This document shows, piece after piece, positions 8,839-19,852 of a DNA stretch of 64,000 bases. The first letter of the stretch is position 1; the number at the start of each line of letters is the position of its first letter. The position numbers were made by a program, and so were the translations under genes. The stretch is from a virus (Duplodnaviria > Heunggongvirae > Uroviricota > Caudoviricetes): the IMG/VR virus record IMGVR_UViG_3300042914_002848. One strand, given 5' to 3'. The notes under the pieces are model-generated. The model had not been told where the DNA came from. It worked only from the letters and a program-made list of their open reading frames with translations, and did no database searches.

Positions 8839-9405
8839 TTAATTTTTATCTAATTCACATTTGATTTTATTACAATCTTTTGTCCCCAAATGAACTGAAC
8901 TATCTACAGTTATATTTGAACGAGTTTCATCTTGTTTCCAAAATTCATGACGAATAACTTGAAGAATATCATAAGCCACTCTTGCACTTTCATCTACATC
9001 AGGATTATAAATACCAAAACTTCCACCATTACTAAAATTTTCCTGTAAAAGCATGTTAGCACCTGTGTGTAGAATCTTATCCGCCTCATCCCTAATTCTG
9101 TGGTATTCTCCATAATCAATGGATAGTTTTACATTCTCAACATCAGTCCATGTGCGGACTTCTTCACCATTACCCCAATGACCTTTGGTTTTAATATACC
9201 CATCTCCAATTTCTACAACTTCCCCACGTTCAGTACTATCACCAACTTCTATTTGTTTTTTGGGTCTAAGTTTATCACGTAAAACATTGTAATAAGTTGG
9301 GTGGTCTTTAATTGCCCATAATTGACCTATACCGATACGGGAATACATGTCTAGTGCTTGTTGAATTAATCTAAGTTGTTCGTTTGTAACTTCTAATGTT
9401 GCCAT
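8839..9405 (-). CDS. hypothetical protein
   Basis: 188-aa ORF. Confidence 0.5.
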   Translation of the reverse strand: MATLEVTNEQLRLIQQALDMYSRIGIGQLWAIKDHPTYYNVLRDKLRPKKQIEVGDSTERGEVVEIGDGYIKTKGHWGNGEEVRTWTDVENVKLSIDYGEYHRIRDEADKILHTGANMLLQENFSNGGSFGIYNPDVDESARVAYDILQVIRHEFWKQDETRSNITVDSSVHLGTKDCNKIKCELDKN

Positions 9406-9433
9406 AACTTTTAATTTTTATTTACGTGAATGT

Positions 9434-9461
9434 ACAAAAAGAGGTTGGAATCTCCAACCTC
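9434..9461 (-). terminator. rho-independent terminator
   Basis: Perfect 9-bp stem GAGGTTGGA/TCCAACCTC with a 3-nt loop, followed on the minus strand by TTTTTGT. It lies 28 nt past the SPFH gene's stop codon. Confidence 0.75.
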
Positions 9462-9488
9462 AATTTGCAAAAACCACAATTATTTTTT

Positions 9489-10349
9489 TTATTTACCCAA
9501 ATTATACATCATATTAGTTCCTGAACCCAGTTGTGTGGTAGGTAGAACTCCATTCCACTTATTAATGTATTCAAGTTGTAATAGTAATGGTGTTAAGGTT
9601 TGTTGTTTCATTCTATTGGCTTCAGCTTCGGCTTTGGCTGATGTCAACATCGCTTGAGCATTACCTTCAGCCTGAGCAATTTTGATTTTGGCTTCAGCTT
9701 CAGCTTGCTTTACCCTATTCTCAGCAGTAAGTGCGGACTGCACAGCGTTGTTCTTAGCCTCAATCGCTTTCTTAAATGTTTCAGGATAAACGAGATTTGA
9801 TGTGAATTGAGCCAAAATAAAACCTTCAGGTAATAGATGTGATTCCAAAACCTTTCGAACCTTTACCTCAAATTGTTCACGATTAGAAATAAGTTCATCA
9901 GCGGTGTATGAGTTGGCAACCAAACGAAACGCATCGTAAACAGCTGTTTTAAGAAACCCAGATTCAATTTCATCCAAGGTGACTCGGTATTTACTGAAGA
10001 TATAAGGTGCCTTTTCTCGTTTTACTGAATAGTTCAATAATGGTGATACGTGAAACTCAGAACCATCTTTTGAGTTGACTACAAATGATTCATCTGGGTT
10101 ATCTTCACCATTGTTCTTATACTCTTTGTGTTGAACAAAGGTTGGGAACTCAATAATTTTTGTGGTGAATGGGTTGTAGAATACAAGTCCAGTTACTTCG
10201 GTAACATCATCTACACCTTTACCATCTCCATAAAGATTTACTTTGACACCAACATGTCCAGCATCGATTCGTTCCCAGATTGAGAAACTGAGAAGTAGAA
10301 GAACAAAAGCGACGATTGCTCCGATTCCAAATTTGAAAGGGTTTTCCAT
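9489..10349 (-). CDS. SPFH/band-7 (prohibitin/stomatin/HflK-like) membrane protein
   Basis: N-terminal TM helix, then an Ala/Glu/Lys-rich coiled coil (KQAEAEAKIKIAQAEGNAQAMLTSAKAEAEANRMK) typical of SPFH proteins. Confidence 0.65.
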   Translation of the reverse strand: MENPFKFGIGAIVAFVLLLLSFSIWERIDAGHVGVKVNLYGDGKGVDDVTEVTGLVFYNPFTTKIIEFPTFVQHKEYKNNGEDNPDESFVVNSKDGSEFHVSPLLNYSVKREKAPYIFSKYRVTLDEIESGFLKTAVYDAFRLVANSYTADELISNREQFEVKVRKVLESHLLPEGFILAQFTSNLVYPETFKKAIEAKNNAVQSALTAENRVKQAEAEAKIKIAQAEGNAQAMLTSAKAEAEANRMKQQTLTPLLLQLEYINKWNGVLPTTQLGSGTNMMYNLGK

Positions 10350-10362
10350 AGTTTTTTGTTTT

Positions 10363-10569
10363 TTAGTTTTTTTTTGTTGTGGTTTTTGGTTTAAAAATGA
10401 ATTTTAAAATTAATTCAGAAATGTATATTCCTCCAAGTAAAATGGATACACCAACGAAAAAAGCAATTGTTGATGACATATTCATCAGAAAGAAACTGAA
10501 TTTCATTAGTTCTGAAAATGCTAATCCAAGTAGGATACAATAGAATGTTTTAATTAAAATGTTTTTCAT
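10363..10569 (-). CDS. small membrane protein
   Basis: 68 aa with two TM helices. Confidence 0.45.
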   Translation of the reverse strand: MKNILIKTFYCILLGLAFSELMKFSFFLMNMSSTIAFFVGVSILLGGIYISELILKFIFKPKTTTKKN

Positions 10570-10572
10570 ACT

Positions 10573-11232
10573 TTATTTTTTATTTTCTAATTCATCTAAA
10601 TAATCCTGAAGATCTGATGAGGTCATATATGTTTTACTAAAATCAGGTTCAATTTTCTTAATTTTTTTAATTGTGTCTTCTTTTTTACCAAGTCTGTAAT
10701 AATGAGCCTCAATAGCATCTGCTAAGTCTTGAATGTATTGAGGTGCAGCAACTGAGATTCTTAAATCATACCATTGCCATTTTGTTTTATAATCTACAAA
10801 TGTAATTCCTTTAGTTAGTTTTCTATGTAAGTTATGTAGTGTCATATTACGAACCCTTACAATAGAGTTATCGTTACCAAATACCTGAAGAAATCTAAGA
10901 AACCAACGAGGACACCACCAAGGTTTTGCTTCATAATCCATAGCCAAAACCAATGGGACCATAGCTTTATCATAGTTATTGTAATCAGGTACAGAACCTA
11001 AATAACCATACTTTTCAGAAAATCTTCTCGGAAAGAAAATATAACGAATATCATCCCACTCTATATTACGAGTATGTACTATACCTTTCTTTCTACCCTT
11101 CCAAAATAGGAGAGATTGTCCAAAGTCTTTTACTTTATCAATAAGTGGACGATTGTCCTTAAAAGGACCAAATTTACTTTTTTTCATATCAAAGGGGTCT
11201 GAATCGTATAAATCGTAGTTAATTTGTGTCAT
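10573..11232 (-). CDS. hypothetical protein
   Basis: 219-aa ORF. Confidence 0.5.
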   Translation of the reverse strand: MTQINYDLYDSDPFDMKKSKFGPFKDNRPLIDKVKDFGQSLLFWKGRKKGIVHTRNIEWDDIRYIFFPRRFSEKYGYLGSVPDYNNYDKAMVPLVLAMDYEAKPWWCPRWFLRFLQVFGNDNSIVRVRNMTLHNLHRKLTKGITFVDYKTKWQWYDLRISVAAPQYIQDLADAIEAHYYRLGKKEDTIKKIKKIEPDFSKTYMTSSDLQDYLDELENKK

Positions 11233-11233
11233 A

Positions 11234-11356
11234 CTACAATATTGGTTTAATTAGAGTAAAGACTAAGTACCCCAATAAACAACCCATTAAGGCGGCGGAT
11301 GCAACGAAAAATAGTTCGGTTATCAAATAAAAAATTGTGGATAGTTTGGTTTTCAT
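11234..11356 (-). CDS. small hydrophobic protein (below the ORF-track size cutoff)
   Basis: 40 aa (MKTKLSTIFYLITELFFVASAALMGCLLGYLVFTLIKPIL). It fills the gap between neighbours exactly, with ATG at 11354-11356 and TAG at 11234-11236. Confidence 0.4.
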   Translation of the reverse strand: MKTKLSTIFYLITELFFVASAALMGCLLGYLVFTLIKPIL

Positions 11357-11367
11357 ATGGTTTCCTT

Positions 11368-11781
11368 TTATTGTTTGTTTAAATAAGCAAGAACTTTTTT
11401 GTAGTATTTCTTTTCAGCATTCCTAGCATCTTTCTCCAATGGATTATTCCAATACCCATAAAAAATAGAATATACTGCATACTTTGTTTTCACAGGTTGT
11501 AGTGAGTGTTGGTATTCGTGTATAATGGTAGTTACTAATTTTTGTAAAGTACGAATCTTATTATGATAAAGAATAATTTGGTTCTCATCAGGGTCAAAAG
11601 CACCATAAGTTAGTGGTTCATACTCATCACGAACAACGGATAATGATATAGGTATTTTGTACCTACGATTGATACCCATATTCTTTTTACACCACCGAAA
11701 TACACGCTCTGATAGCAGTTTTTTTTCAGTTCGTGTCCAATTGGATAGGGACATACGCTGAGGATATTTTAGTTTTCTCAT
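11368..11781 (-). CDS. HExxH zinc-metallopeptidase-like protein (SprT/WLM-like)
   Basis: IIHEYQHS carries the HExxH motif. The ORF-track start at 11817 is a GTG; ATG at 11781 (MRKLKYPQ) lies 25 nt downstream of a promoter element. Confidence 0.5.
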   Translation of the reverse strand: MRKLKYPQRMSLSNWTRTEKKLLSERVFRWCKKNMGINRRYKIPISLSVVRDEYEPLTYGAFDPDENQIILYHNKIRTLQKLVTTIIHEYQHSLQPVKTKYAVYSIFYGYWNNPLEKDARNAEKKYYKKVLAYLNKQ

Positions 11782-11802
11782 ATCTTTTTCAATAAGTATA
11801 AT

Positions 11803-11837
11803 GTAAATATACCACACAAATGGTATATTTCCAAATT
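11803..11837 (-). promoter_or_regulatory. conserved phage promoter element
   Basis: Reads AATTTGGAAATATACCATTTGTGTGGTATATTTAC on the minus strand. Confidence 0.55.
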
Positions 11838-11876
11838 TTGTATATTAAATTTGCGTTAAGTTTTTTGAGTAAAAAA

Positions 11877-12104
11877 TTAACTATTAAAGTACTCCCTCAA
11901 ATGAGTAACTTTTTCAAGTCCAGACTCAAAATTACCCTCAACCCACCAAAAAAACTGAGCCCTCTCCCCCGTCATACCATCATTGGGTAATTGATTGAAA
12001 AGGTTTTTGGCCTGTTTATGCTGCCCATTATGGATACTCTCCAAAATATACTCATAATACTCTTCTTTGGTTGAAAAACCAAAATCATTTAATAGTTCTG
12101 TCAT
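11877..12104 (-). CDS. hypothetical protein
   Basis: The ORF-track start at 12131 is a TTG; ATG at 12104 (MTELLNDFG) is more likely the real start. Confidence 0.5.
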   Translation of the reverse strand: MTELLNDFGFSTKEEYYEYILESIHNGQHKQAKNLFNQLPNDGMTGERAQFFWWVEGNFESGLEKVTHLREYFNS

Positions 12105-12111
12105 TTTAAAA

Positions 12112-12270
12112 TTATTTAATAATATAATCAATTAATTGGGTAATTAGATAAAAAACCGATATCAACTGATAAGCCATCATCGTCAAAAAGCCAAGCGTAA
12201 TAATGGCCACCGATTGAACAAATATCCGAAGGGGTTTCATACTCATTGAGGTTGTTTCCATATCAATCAT
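12112..12270 (-). CDS. possible small membrane protein
   Basis: 52-aa ORF (MIDMETTSMSMKPLRIFVQSVAIITLGFLTMMAYQLISVFYLITQLIDYIIK) that starts 8 nt after a promoter element. Confidence 0.3.
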   Translation of the reverse strand: MIDMETTSMSMKPLRIFVQSVAIITLGFLTMMAYQLISVFYLITQLIDYIIK

Positions 12271-12278
12271 CTTACATA

Positions 12279-12311
12279 GTAAAGATACGAAGAAAACCCC
12301 ATATTTCCAAG
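12279..12311 (-). promoter_or_regulatory. conserved phage promoter element (part of a duplicated terminator-promoter module)
   Basis: Reads CTTGGAAATATGGGGTTTTCTTCGTATCTTTAC on the minus strand. Near-identical copy at 21619..21652. Confidence 0.55.
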
Positions 12312-12350
12312 CTTTCTATATTAAATTTAGGTTAAATTTATCCACATTTT

Positions 12351-12379
12351 TTGTGGAAAAGTGTCCAATTTATTGGACA
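12351..12379 (-). terminator. rho-independent terminator (in duplicated module)
   Basis: Inverted repeat TGTCCAAT-TT-ATTGGACA followed on the minus strand by CTTTTTCCACAAAAAA. It begins 5 nt after the NUDIX gene's stop. Confidence 0.55.
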
Positions 12380-12383
12380 GTTC

Positions 12384-12788
12384 CTACTTAACCCTCTTTT
12401 TCCTAAAGAAACCCCCATAAGAACCCACCACAGAGGTTATAATATCCTTTGTAAGAGGTGTAAAGGTGTACTGCTTTAGGTTGGGTATCTCTACGAATTT
12501 AACTTCGGTATGCGCTCCCAGAGAGGCTTTTCCTGATACAAAATCACACATAAAGGGTATTAACTCCACATCATCCCCTATGGCTGGTTTGAACTGGTGA
12601 AATGGTTGTATTTCTATCCCAAGCTCCTCTCTAAACTCTCTGATTAGTGCCTCATACTCCGTTTCCCCATCATCCACTTTACCACCAGGAAACTCCCAAT
12701 ACCCACCCCAATTGGGGTTGTTATCCAATCGTTTTCCTATTAAAACCTTATCCTCGTTTCTAAGTAATCCGCAAACTACTTTAATCAT
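12384..12788 (-). CDS. NUDIX hydrolase
   Basis: Nudix box GGKVDDGETEYEALIREFREELGIEI matches GX5EX7REUXEEXGU. Confidence 0.8.
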   Translation of the reverse strand: MIKVVCGLLRNEDKVLIGKRLDNNPNWGGYWEFPGGKVDDGETEYEALIREFREELGIEIQPFHQFKPAIGDDVELIPFMCDFVSGKASLGAHTEVKFVEIPNLKQYTFTPLTKDIITSVVGSYGGFFRKKRVK

Positions 12789-12924
12789 CCTCTATTCTTC
12801 AAATATACCAAATTGCTTATATATGAATGGAGCACCCATTTTTTTCATTGTCATTGCCACCTTCATTGTTACACCAATTATTCCACCCATATTGGTGTTC
12901 CAAAATAAAGATTGTATAAAATAG

Positions 12925-13518
12925 TTATTCACACTTAACTTTAAATTGACTTACAACCGTTGTTGTTGGTGGTACATTGTTAAAATAGTAGCAATCACAC
13001 ACACCCAATTTCGTTGAATGAATTCTTTTATAAAACCCGGATGGGATAGTAGCGCCACCTGGTACTTTTTTAAGTGGTGGTTTAAAATCTACTCTAATGT
13101 AGACCTGAATATCATCTGCTTTCTGCCTCATCACCCTCTCAGATTCTTCTAACTCCTTCCACGGACCTCTATTCAAAGATTGGTGTTGAAGAGCAGAGTT
13201 TAAATAAGTGAATGTTTGTTTAAGTAGGTTTATATCACAACCAAATGCAGCAGCGGGAGCCATATGTCCCTTATCCCACTCATTTGCTACATAATCCGCA
13301 TTATCGGATGTATGATATGATTTTTCTTTGTAGAAATCCAAACCTTTACGAGATACTGAATTTTCAGCACATTGAACTCTATACTTAATCCATTTTGGTT
13401 GCTCCAAAATTTCGGAATAAACCATTTCAAATATTTGGGTTTTAATATATACACTATCTCTCCCCTGTCCAAAGGAATATAGTGGTAAAAGTAGTAAAAG
13501 TAGTATTAGTTTTTTCAT
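12925..13518 (-). CDS. secreted DNA/RNA non-specific endonuclease (Serratia nuclease family)
   Basis: Signal peptide MKKLILLLLLLPLYSFGQ, then the catalytic DRGH-type motif WDKGHMAPAA. Start moved from 13593 to the Met that begins the signal peptide. Confidence 0.7.
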   Translation of the reverse strand: MKKLILLLLLLPLYSFGQGRDSVYIKTQIFEMVYSEILEQPKWIKYRVQCAENSVSRKGLDFYKEKSYHTSDNADYVANEWDKGHMAPAAAFGCDINLLKQTFTYLNSALQHQSLNRGPWKELEESERVMRQKADDIQVYIRVDFKPPLKKVPGGATIPSGFYKRIHSTKLGVCDCYYFNNVPPTTTVVSQFKVKCE

Positions 13519-13522
13519 AGTA

Positions 13523-14161
13523 TTAATCCTCATAGTGTTTTTTATTATTATCATCATCCCCATCATATAACCAATCGGGTAAATCATCATCAATTGTGTT
13601 TATTTCATAAGTATCATTATCATCCCAATCATCATCCCAATTGTAATCACCGTCATATCTCATATTAGATTGGGATTCTAACTCTTCAATACACTCTTCC
13701 AGCAAAGTATCTTTAATGGTAAATATTTTTGATTCAATTGTATCAACAGACTCATAATCCTCTTTACTCATCAAAGAACTCAATTGCTTTTCAGTAGAAA
13801 CCGAACCAATAGATGTTGCATAGTACGCGCCCGCACAAACGTATTCCATATGCTCATATGTTCCTCTTACTTCAAAATCCTCATCAATTTCTTTGAATAT
13901 CTCACACATTCTATCTACTAAGTTGTGAGGAAATTCGCTGTTAGATGATAGAACTAGCATTGATTCATCGCCAATGAATACATTACTTAATTCAGCCGAA
14001 CAACTTCCCACACAATTAGTGTCTACATCGGAAATTTGTTCGTAGAATTGGCTTAGTAACCAATCCGAATCATGTGTTTTAGGATTTACAAAAAGAGATG
14101 ATAGCATAGATTGCAGGTCATCATTGCCTTTGATTCTAATAGTTGATAGTACTCTGTCCAT
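13523..14161 (-). CDS. hypothetical acidic protein
   Basis: 212 aa, rich in Asp/Glu and Trp/Tyr toward the C-terminus. Confidence 0.5.
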   Translation of the reverse strand: MDRVLSTIRIKGNDDLQSMLSSLFVNPKTHDSDWLLSQFYEQISDVDTNCVGSCSAELSNVFIGDESMLVLSSNSEFPHNLVDRMCEIFKEIDEDFEVRGTYEHMEYVCAGAYYATSIGSVSTEKQLSSLMSKEDYESVDTIESKIFTIKDTLLEECIEELESQSNMRYDGDYNWDDDWDDNDTYEINTIDDDLPDWLYDGDDDNNKKHYED

Positions 14162-14174
14162 ATAAATAAATAGT

Positions 14175-14366
14175 TTAATTTTGTTCTTCGTGAATTTTTC
14201 CTATTGCTTTCACCTCATATTTGTATCCAGAATCTGAATTCGTTTCAAATACATTTGCATAATACTCTGCCGATTCTTCGGTATCAAACTCCCAAACTTC
14301 ACCATGCCCGTCCAATAAAATCACGGGAACATTCTTTTTAATGAATTTTACAATTACAAAGCTCAT
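14175..14366 (-). CDS. hypothetical protein
   Basis: 63-aa ORF. Confidence 0.45.
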   Translation of the reverse strand: MSFVIVKFIKKNVPVILLDGHGEVWEFDTEESAEYYANVFETNSDSGYKYEVKAIGKIHEEQN

Positions 14367-14941
14367 TTATCCTCCAAATTAATTTTTTCTAATGGTATTT
14401 CTTTTCCTATTTGCTTTTCAACGCTTTTAATTACATTAATTCTATCTTGTGGATTTTTAGATGTACACCATATCCAAGCCAATGATTTTTTTATATTGTC
14501 AATTTCACTCTCATACCCTTTGATGTTTTTTTCAATAAGTATTTCATCATCGGTATCCAACTCATATACTATATCATACTTAACTGCTAAATCAACCATT
14601 TCTATTAAATTATCAGTATCATATGCCTTTTTTAACCTTAAAAAATCATCACCACTACCCCCTCTATCGGGATGGGTTTTTATAGATAAGTTTTTAAATA
14701 ATTTTTTGTATTTACTATCAACCTTTTTTTCAATCTGAGGTTTTGATTTTGATGGTTCGGATGTATTGGGTTCATCGGGTCTAACTTCCCCCGTTTCCTC
14801 ATTCACCCAATACTCCGTAATACCATCTTTTGAATCTCCCCCAGATTCATTTTTTTTATTTTCAGACAAAAACTGTCCAAAAAAGGAGTTAAATTTATTT
14901 AGATAAGTATCAAAATCTGATTGCATATCCTCTAACTCCAT
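14363..14941 (-). CDS. J-domain (DnaJ-like) protein
   Basis: J-domain signature YKKLFKNLSIKTHPDRGGSGDDFLRLKKAYD includes the HPD tripeptide. Start set at MELEDMQ to avoid overlapping groEL. Confidence 0.55.
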   Translation of the reverse strand: MELEDMQSDFDTYLNKFNSFFGQFLSENKKNESGGDSKDGITEYWVNEETGEVRPDEPNTSEPSKSKPQIEKKVDSKYKKLFKNLSIKTHPDRGGSGDDFLRLKKAYDTDNLIEMVDLAVKYDIVYELDTDDEILIEKNIKGYESEIDNIKKSLAWIWCTSKNPQDRINVIKSVEKQIGKEIPLEKINLEDK

Positions 14942-14963
14942 TTGAATGTATTTACATTTCAAA

Positions 14964-17205
<2,242 letters not shown>

Positions 17206-17221
17206 ATTATGAAAAAAAATA

Positions 17222-17515
17222 TTAGTTATCGGATAATTTTACCATCAAAATTTCACTTTCACGGTATAGATTATATTTTACTCCATCAATTTTAATTTGG
17301 GTGCCTGTTCCATCTAAAAGAACTTCATCATCCACTCTTAATTTCATAGGTATCTTAACACCTTGCTGAGTAAATAATCCATCACCAACTGCAACAATTT
17401 TTCCATTCATTGTTTCTTTTGCAGTTTCGGGTTTGTATAACCCACCTTTTGTTTTTTCATCGTGCTTGCTTACCAAAACAAGCACATAATCATTCATTGG
17501 TTTATAGTTCATCAT
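17222..17515 (-). CDS. groES: co-chaperonin GroES (Cpn10)
   Basis: 97 aa following the GroES pattern: KPMNDYVLV, KTKGGLY, IVAVGDG, KIDGVKY, ILMV. Confidence 0.8.
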   Translation of the reverse strand: MMNYKPMNDYVLVLVSKHDEKTKGGLYKPETAKETMNGKIVAVGDGLFTQQGVKIPMKLRVDDEVLLDGTGTQIKIDGVKYNLYRESEILMVKLSDN

Positions 17516-17535
17516 AACTCCTTTTGTTTTTTTGA

Positions 17536-17570
17536 TAAATATACAAAATAATTTTTAAATTACCAAAATT
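17536..17570 (-). promoter_or_regulatory. conserved phage promoter element upstream of groES
   Basis: Reads TTTTGGTAATTTAAAAATTATTTTGTATATTTAT on the minus strand. Confidence 0.5.
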
Positions 17571-17997
17571 TTCCGTTAATAAAATCTTTTTGTTTTTCAA
17601 TAGCCCTTTTTAGTTCCTTTTTATCAATAACAACCTTTTCTGCTTTTTTCTCAACAATAGGTTTATTACTAACCAAATTTTTAGATTCACTCCATTCAAT
17701 TCTTTTTTTTACCAACTCTCTCTCACCATCCGTCATTGATTTCGTTAAAACTGATGATATGTAGCAATACGGGTCTTCTGGGTCATCCAACTGCATATCG
17801 GAATAAATGCATCCAGGTTTACTCGCTGATTTGATTTTATAACAAGCCCACCCATCTTTTGAGTGATAGCATTCCATAACATACCCAACTTCTTTTTCAG
17901 CATACCATTTATAAGCCACCATATCTTTTACTTTGAAATGGTGTTTCTTTAGTTTGTGTTTATCTTTGTTTACATTTTTTACATTAGGCAGTTCCAT
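17560..17997 (-). CDS. hypothetical protein
   Basis: 145-aa ORF. Confidence 0.5.
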   Translation of the reverse strand: MELPNVKNVNKDKHKLKKHHFKVKDMVAYKWYAEKEVGYVMECYHSKDGWACYKIKSASKPGCIYSDMQLDDPEDPYCYISSVLTKSMTDGERELVKKRIEWSESKNLVSNKPIVEKKAEKVVIDKKELKRAIEKQKDFINGKFW

Positions 17998-18002
17998 ACT
18001 GA

Positions 18003-18353
18003 TTAAATATCAATACCATTAAATCCACCATTTTTTTCAACTTCAATAGCAGTTGCCCTTTTTTCGGTCGGGTTTTTTACACTTTTGTTGTTAATCAGTA
18101 TTCGTTCACTTCTACCAATACCCATTACCAATTGGTGGTATGGAATATTTAATAGTTGCATTTCTTGCTTTGTAATCAGGTTGTATTCGGGTGGACGAGC
18201 GGTTGTCAATACAATATAATAGCCTGAATTGTACCACTCGTTCATTTTTTTTACAACTCCCGGCAAAGCCATACTCGTTGTTGGGTTAATTTCTTCAAAT
18301 GGAACCTGATATACAAGCGTTCCATCAATATCACAAAAAATCGTCTTACTCAT
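18003..18353 (-). CDS. HAD-family phosphatase-like protein
   Basis: DxDxT motif in IFCDIDGTLV. Confidence 0.55.
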   Translation of the reverse strand: MSKTIFCDIDGTLVYQVPFEEINPTTSMALPGVVKKMNEWYNSGYYIVLTTARPPEYNLITKQEMQLLNIPYHQLVMGIGRSERILINNKSVKNPTEKRATAIEVEKNGGFNGIDI

Positions 18354-18918
18354 TTTCCATATTTTTTAAATGTTCAAAATATACATCAACTTCTTCATCC
18401 ATCATATTTGATAGTTTATCACAATATGAATGATATTCTTCACCACCCTCTAAAAACTTATCTACATTCCAATCTTCCATATCAATATATTCATCCGAAG
18501 AATAACCTCTTGCTGCTAGGTGAACGCCTGCAAAATTGAAACCCTCATCTTCAAATTTGTTTTGAATCCAAACATCAGGCTTAATATCAGATAATACTTC
18601 TGCTAATTTTTCCACCCAGCCCATAATCGGGTCCCAAGCAGAATCTATATGTATCGTAATAGTTCCATCATCACCATAATCACTCACACACCCATTAAAC
18701 CACTTTGCTCCACATCTGTTTTCTACCCAATACCTATCATAATCACTACCACCATTGGGCCATATATTATCAAAAAGAGCATTTACCAATTGAACTGTTG
18801 ATGTTGTTTCAAATGGGTTATCTGATTCGGTTTTTGGTTGAAAAATTTCTTTAATTTTTTCTACCACAGCATCATCGGCATTGTTGATGGTGATATAATT
18901 AAATACGGTATTTGCCAT
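18346..18918 (-). CDS. hypothetical protein
   Basis: 190-aa ORF. Confidence 0.5.
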   Translation of the reverse strand: MANTVFNYITINNADDAVVEKIKEIFQPKTESDNPFETTSTVQLVNALFDNIWPNGGSDYDRYWVENRCGAKWFNGCVSDYGDDGTITIHIDSAWDPIMGWVEKLAEVLSDIKPDVWIQNKFEDEGFNFAGVHLAARGYSSDEYIDMEDWNVDKFLEGGEEYHSYCDKLSNMMDEEVDVYFEHLKNMENE

Positions 18919-18958
18919 AAAAATATCTAATGTGTAATGTAGTTGTTGTTAGTTAATT

Positions 18959-19285
18959 TTAACCTTTAAGTAAATCTTTTTTTAATTTTAAATCAAATTT
19001 GTCCATACGAGAATCAATCCCTCGCTCAACTTTATCAATATCTAATCCTATTCTAGTATGAACCTCATCTATATCTTTATAGATTTGATTCTCCAAATTA
19101 TCAATCCTAAGATTTAGGAGTTGTAATTCTTCTCTCGTTGATTGAATCAGTTCCGTGTTCTGCATCTGAATATTGGTTATTTTTTCAGAATACCTATTAA
19201 ATGTTTTTACCACACTAAACCAAGCCACAACCTCAGCCAACACCAAAGCTGTAACTAACCCTAATGCAAAATAAATAATTTCCAT
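18959..19285 (-). CDS. membrane-anchored coiled-coil protein
   Basis: TM helix MEIIYFALGLVTALVLAEVVAWF followed by a coiled coil. Start moved to the Met preceding the TM helix. Confidence 0.45.
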   Translation of the reverse strand: MEIIYFALGLVTALVLAEVVAWFSVVKTFNRYSEKITNIQMQNTELIQSTREELQLLNLRIDNLENQIYKDIDEVHTRIGLDIDKVERGIDSRMDKFDLKLKKDLLKG

Positions 19286-19325
19286 AATTTTTTTCCTTTC
19301 TTTTTTTATTAAACAACAACTAACA

Positions 19326-19517
19326 CTACACAATAGATAATTTTCTTTTTAAGTTTTTAATATGTTTACACTCCGAACCCCTACCGAATTCATAAGCAGG
19401 GCAGTTACATATAAATCGTTTATGATTAAAAGATGTAACATTGTAGTATTTGAGCCTCTTTGTTTTTTTATCACGAGAACCCATTTCAATGTAAACTTGT
19501 TTCCAATCTAAACTCAT
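19326..19517 (-). CDS. SWIM zinc-finger protein
   Basis: CxC-x(n)-CxH pattern in FICNCPAYEFGRGSECKHI. Confidence 0.45.
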   Translation of the reverse strand: MSLDWKQVYIEMGSRDKKTKRLKYYNVTSFNHKRFICNCPAYEFGRGSECKHIKNLKRKLSIV

Positions 19518-19535
19518 ATCTTTTATTTATTTTAG

Positions 19536-19618
19536 TAGTCAGGACAGGATTCGAACCTGTATTAGGGCTTACGACCTATGATACTCTATTTACTACAACG
19601 CCATGTAGCCACCTGACT
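19536..19618 (-). tRNA. tRNA-like element (83 nt)
   Basis: On the minus strand: 7-bp acceptor stem AGTCAGG/CCTGACT, T arm ACAGG-TTCGAAT-CCTGT, D stem CTAC/GTAG with GG in the loop. No canonical anticodon stem could be drawn by eye. Confidence 0.5.
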
Positions 19619-19624
19619 ATTTGT

Positions 19625-19834
19625 TTATTTTTCTAAAACATACCGCATCATTTCTTGCATCTTGAGAATCAAAACTTTCATTTCATCCTCATTAAGATAC
19701 AACCTACTGTTAGGTGTTTTATCATCTAATTCTTTGGTTTCTATGATGATTCCATCGAACTCTTCCGTGGGGTAAATTCCAACATTCTGTTCTTCTGTTG
19801 AAATAATAGTTTTAATCCAAACTTTGTTTTTCAT
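19625..19834 (-). CDS. hypothetical protein
   Basis: 69-aa ORF between the two tRNA-like elements. Confidence 0.45.
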   Translation of the reverse strand: MKNKVWIKTIISTEEQNVGIYPTEEFDGIIIETKELDDKTPNSRLYLNEDEMKVLILKMQEMMRYVLEK

Positions 19835-19852
19835 AACTTTTTATTTTTTTTG

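Noticed and set aside
13287-13472. Minus-strand 61-aa ORF nested within the nuclease gene, and the similar nested ORFs 46051..46233, 52209..52394 and 26613..26843
   Set aside because: They are alternative frames inside well-supported genes (the secreted nuclease, a glycosyltransferase, a GT4 and the PA14 protein) and show no independent signals.
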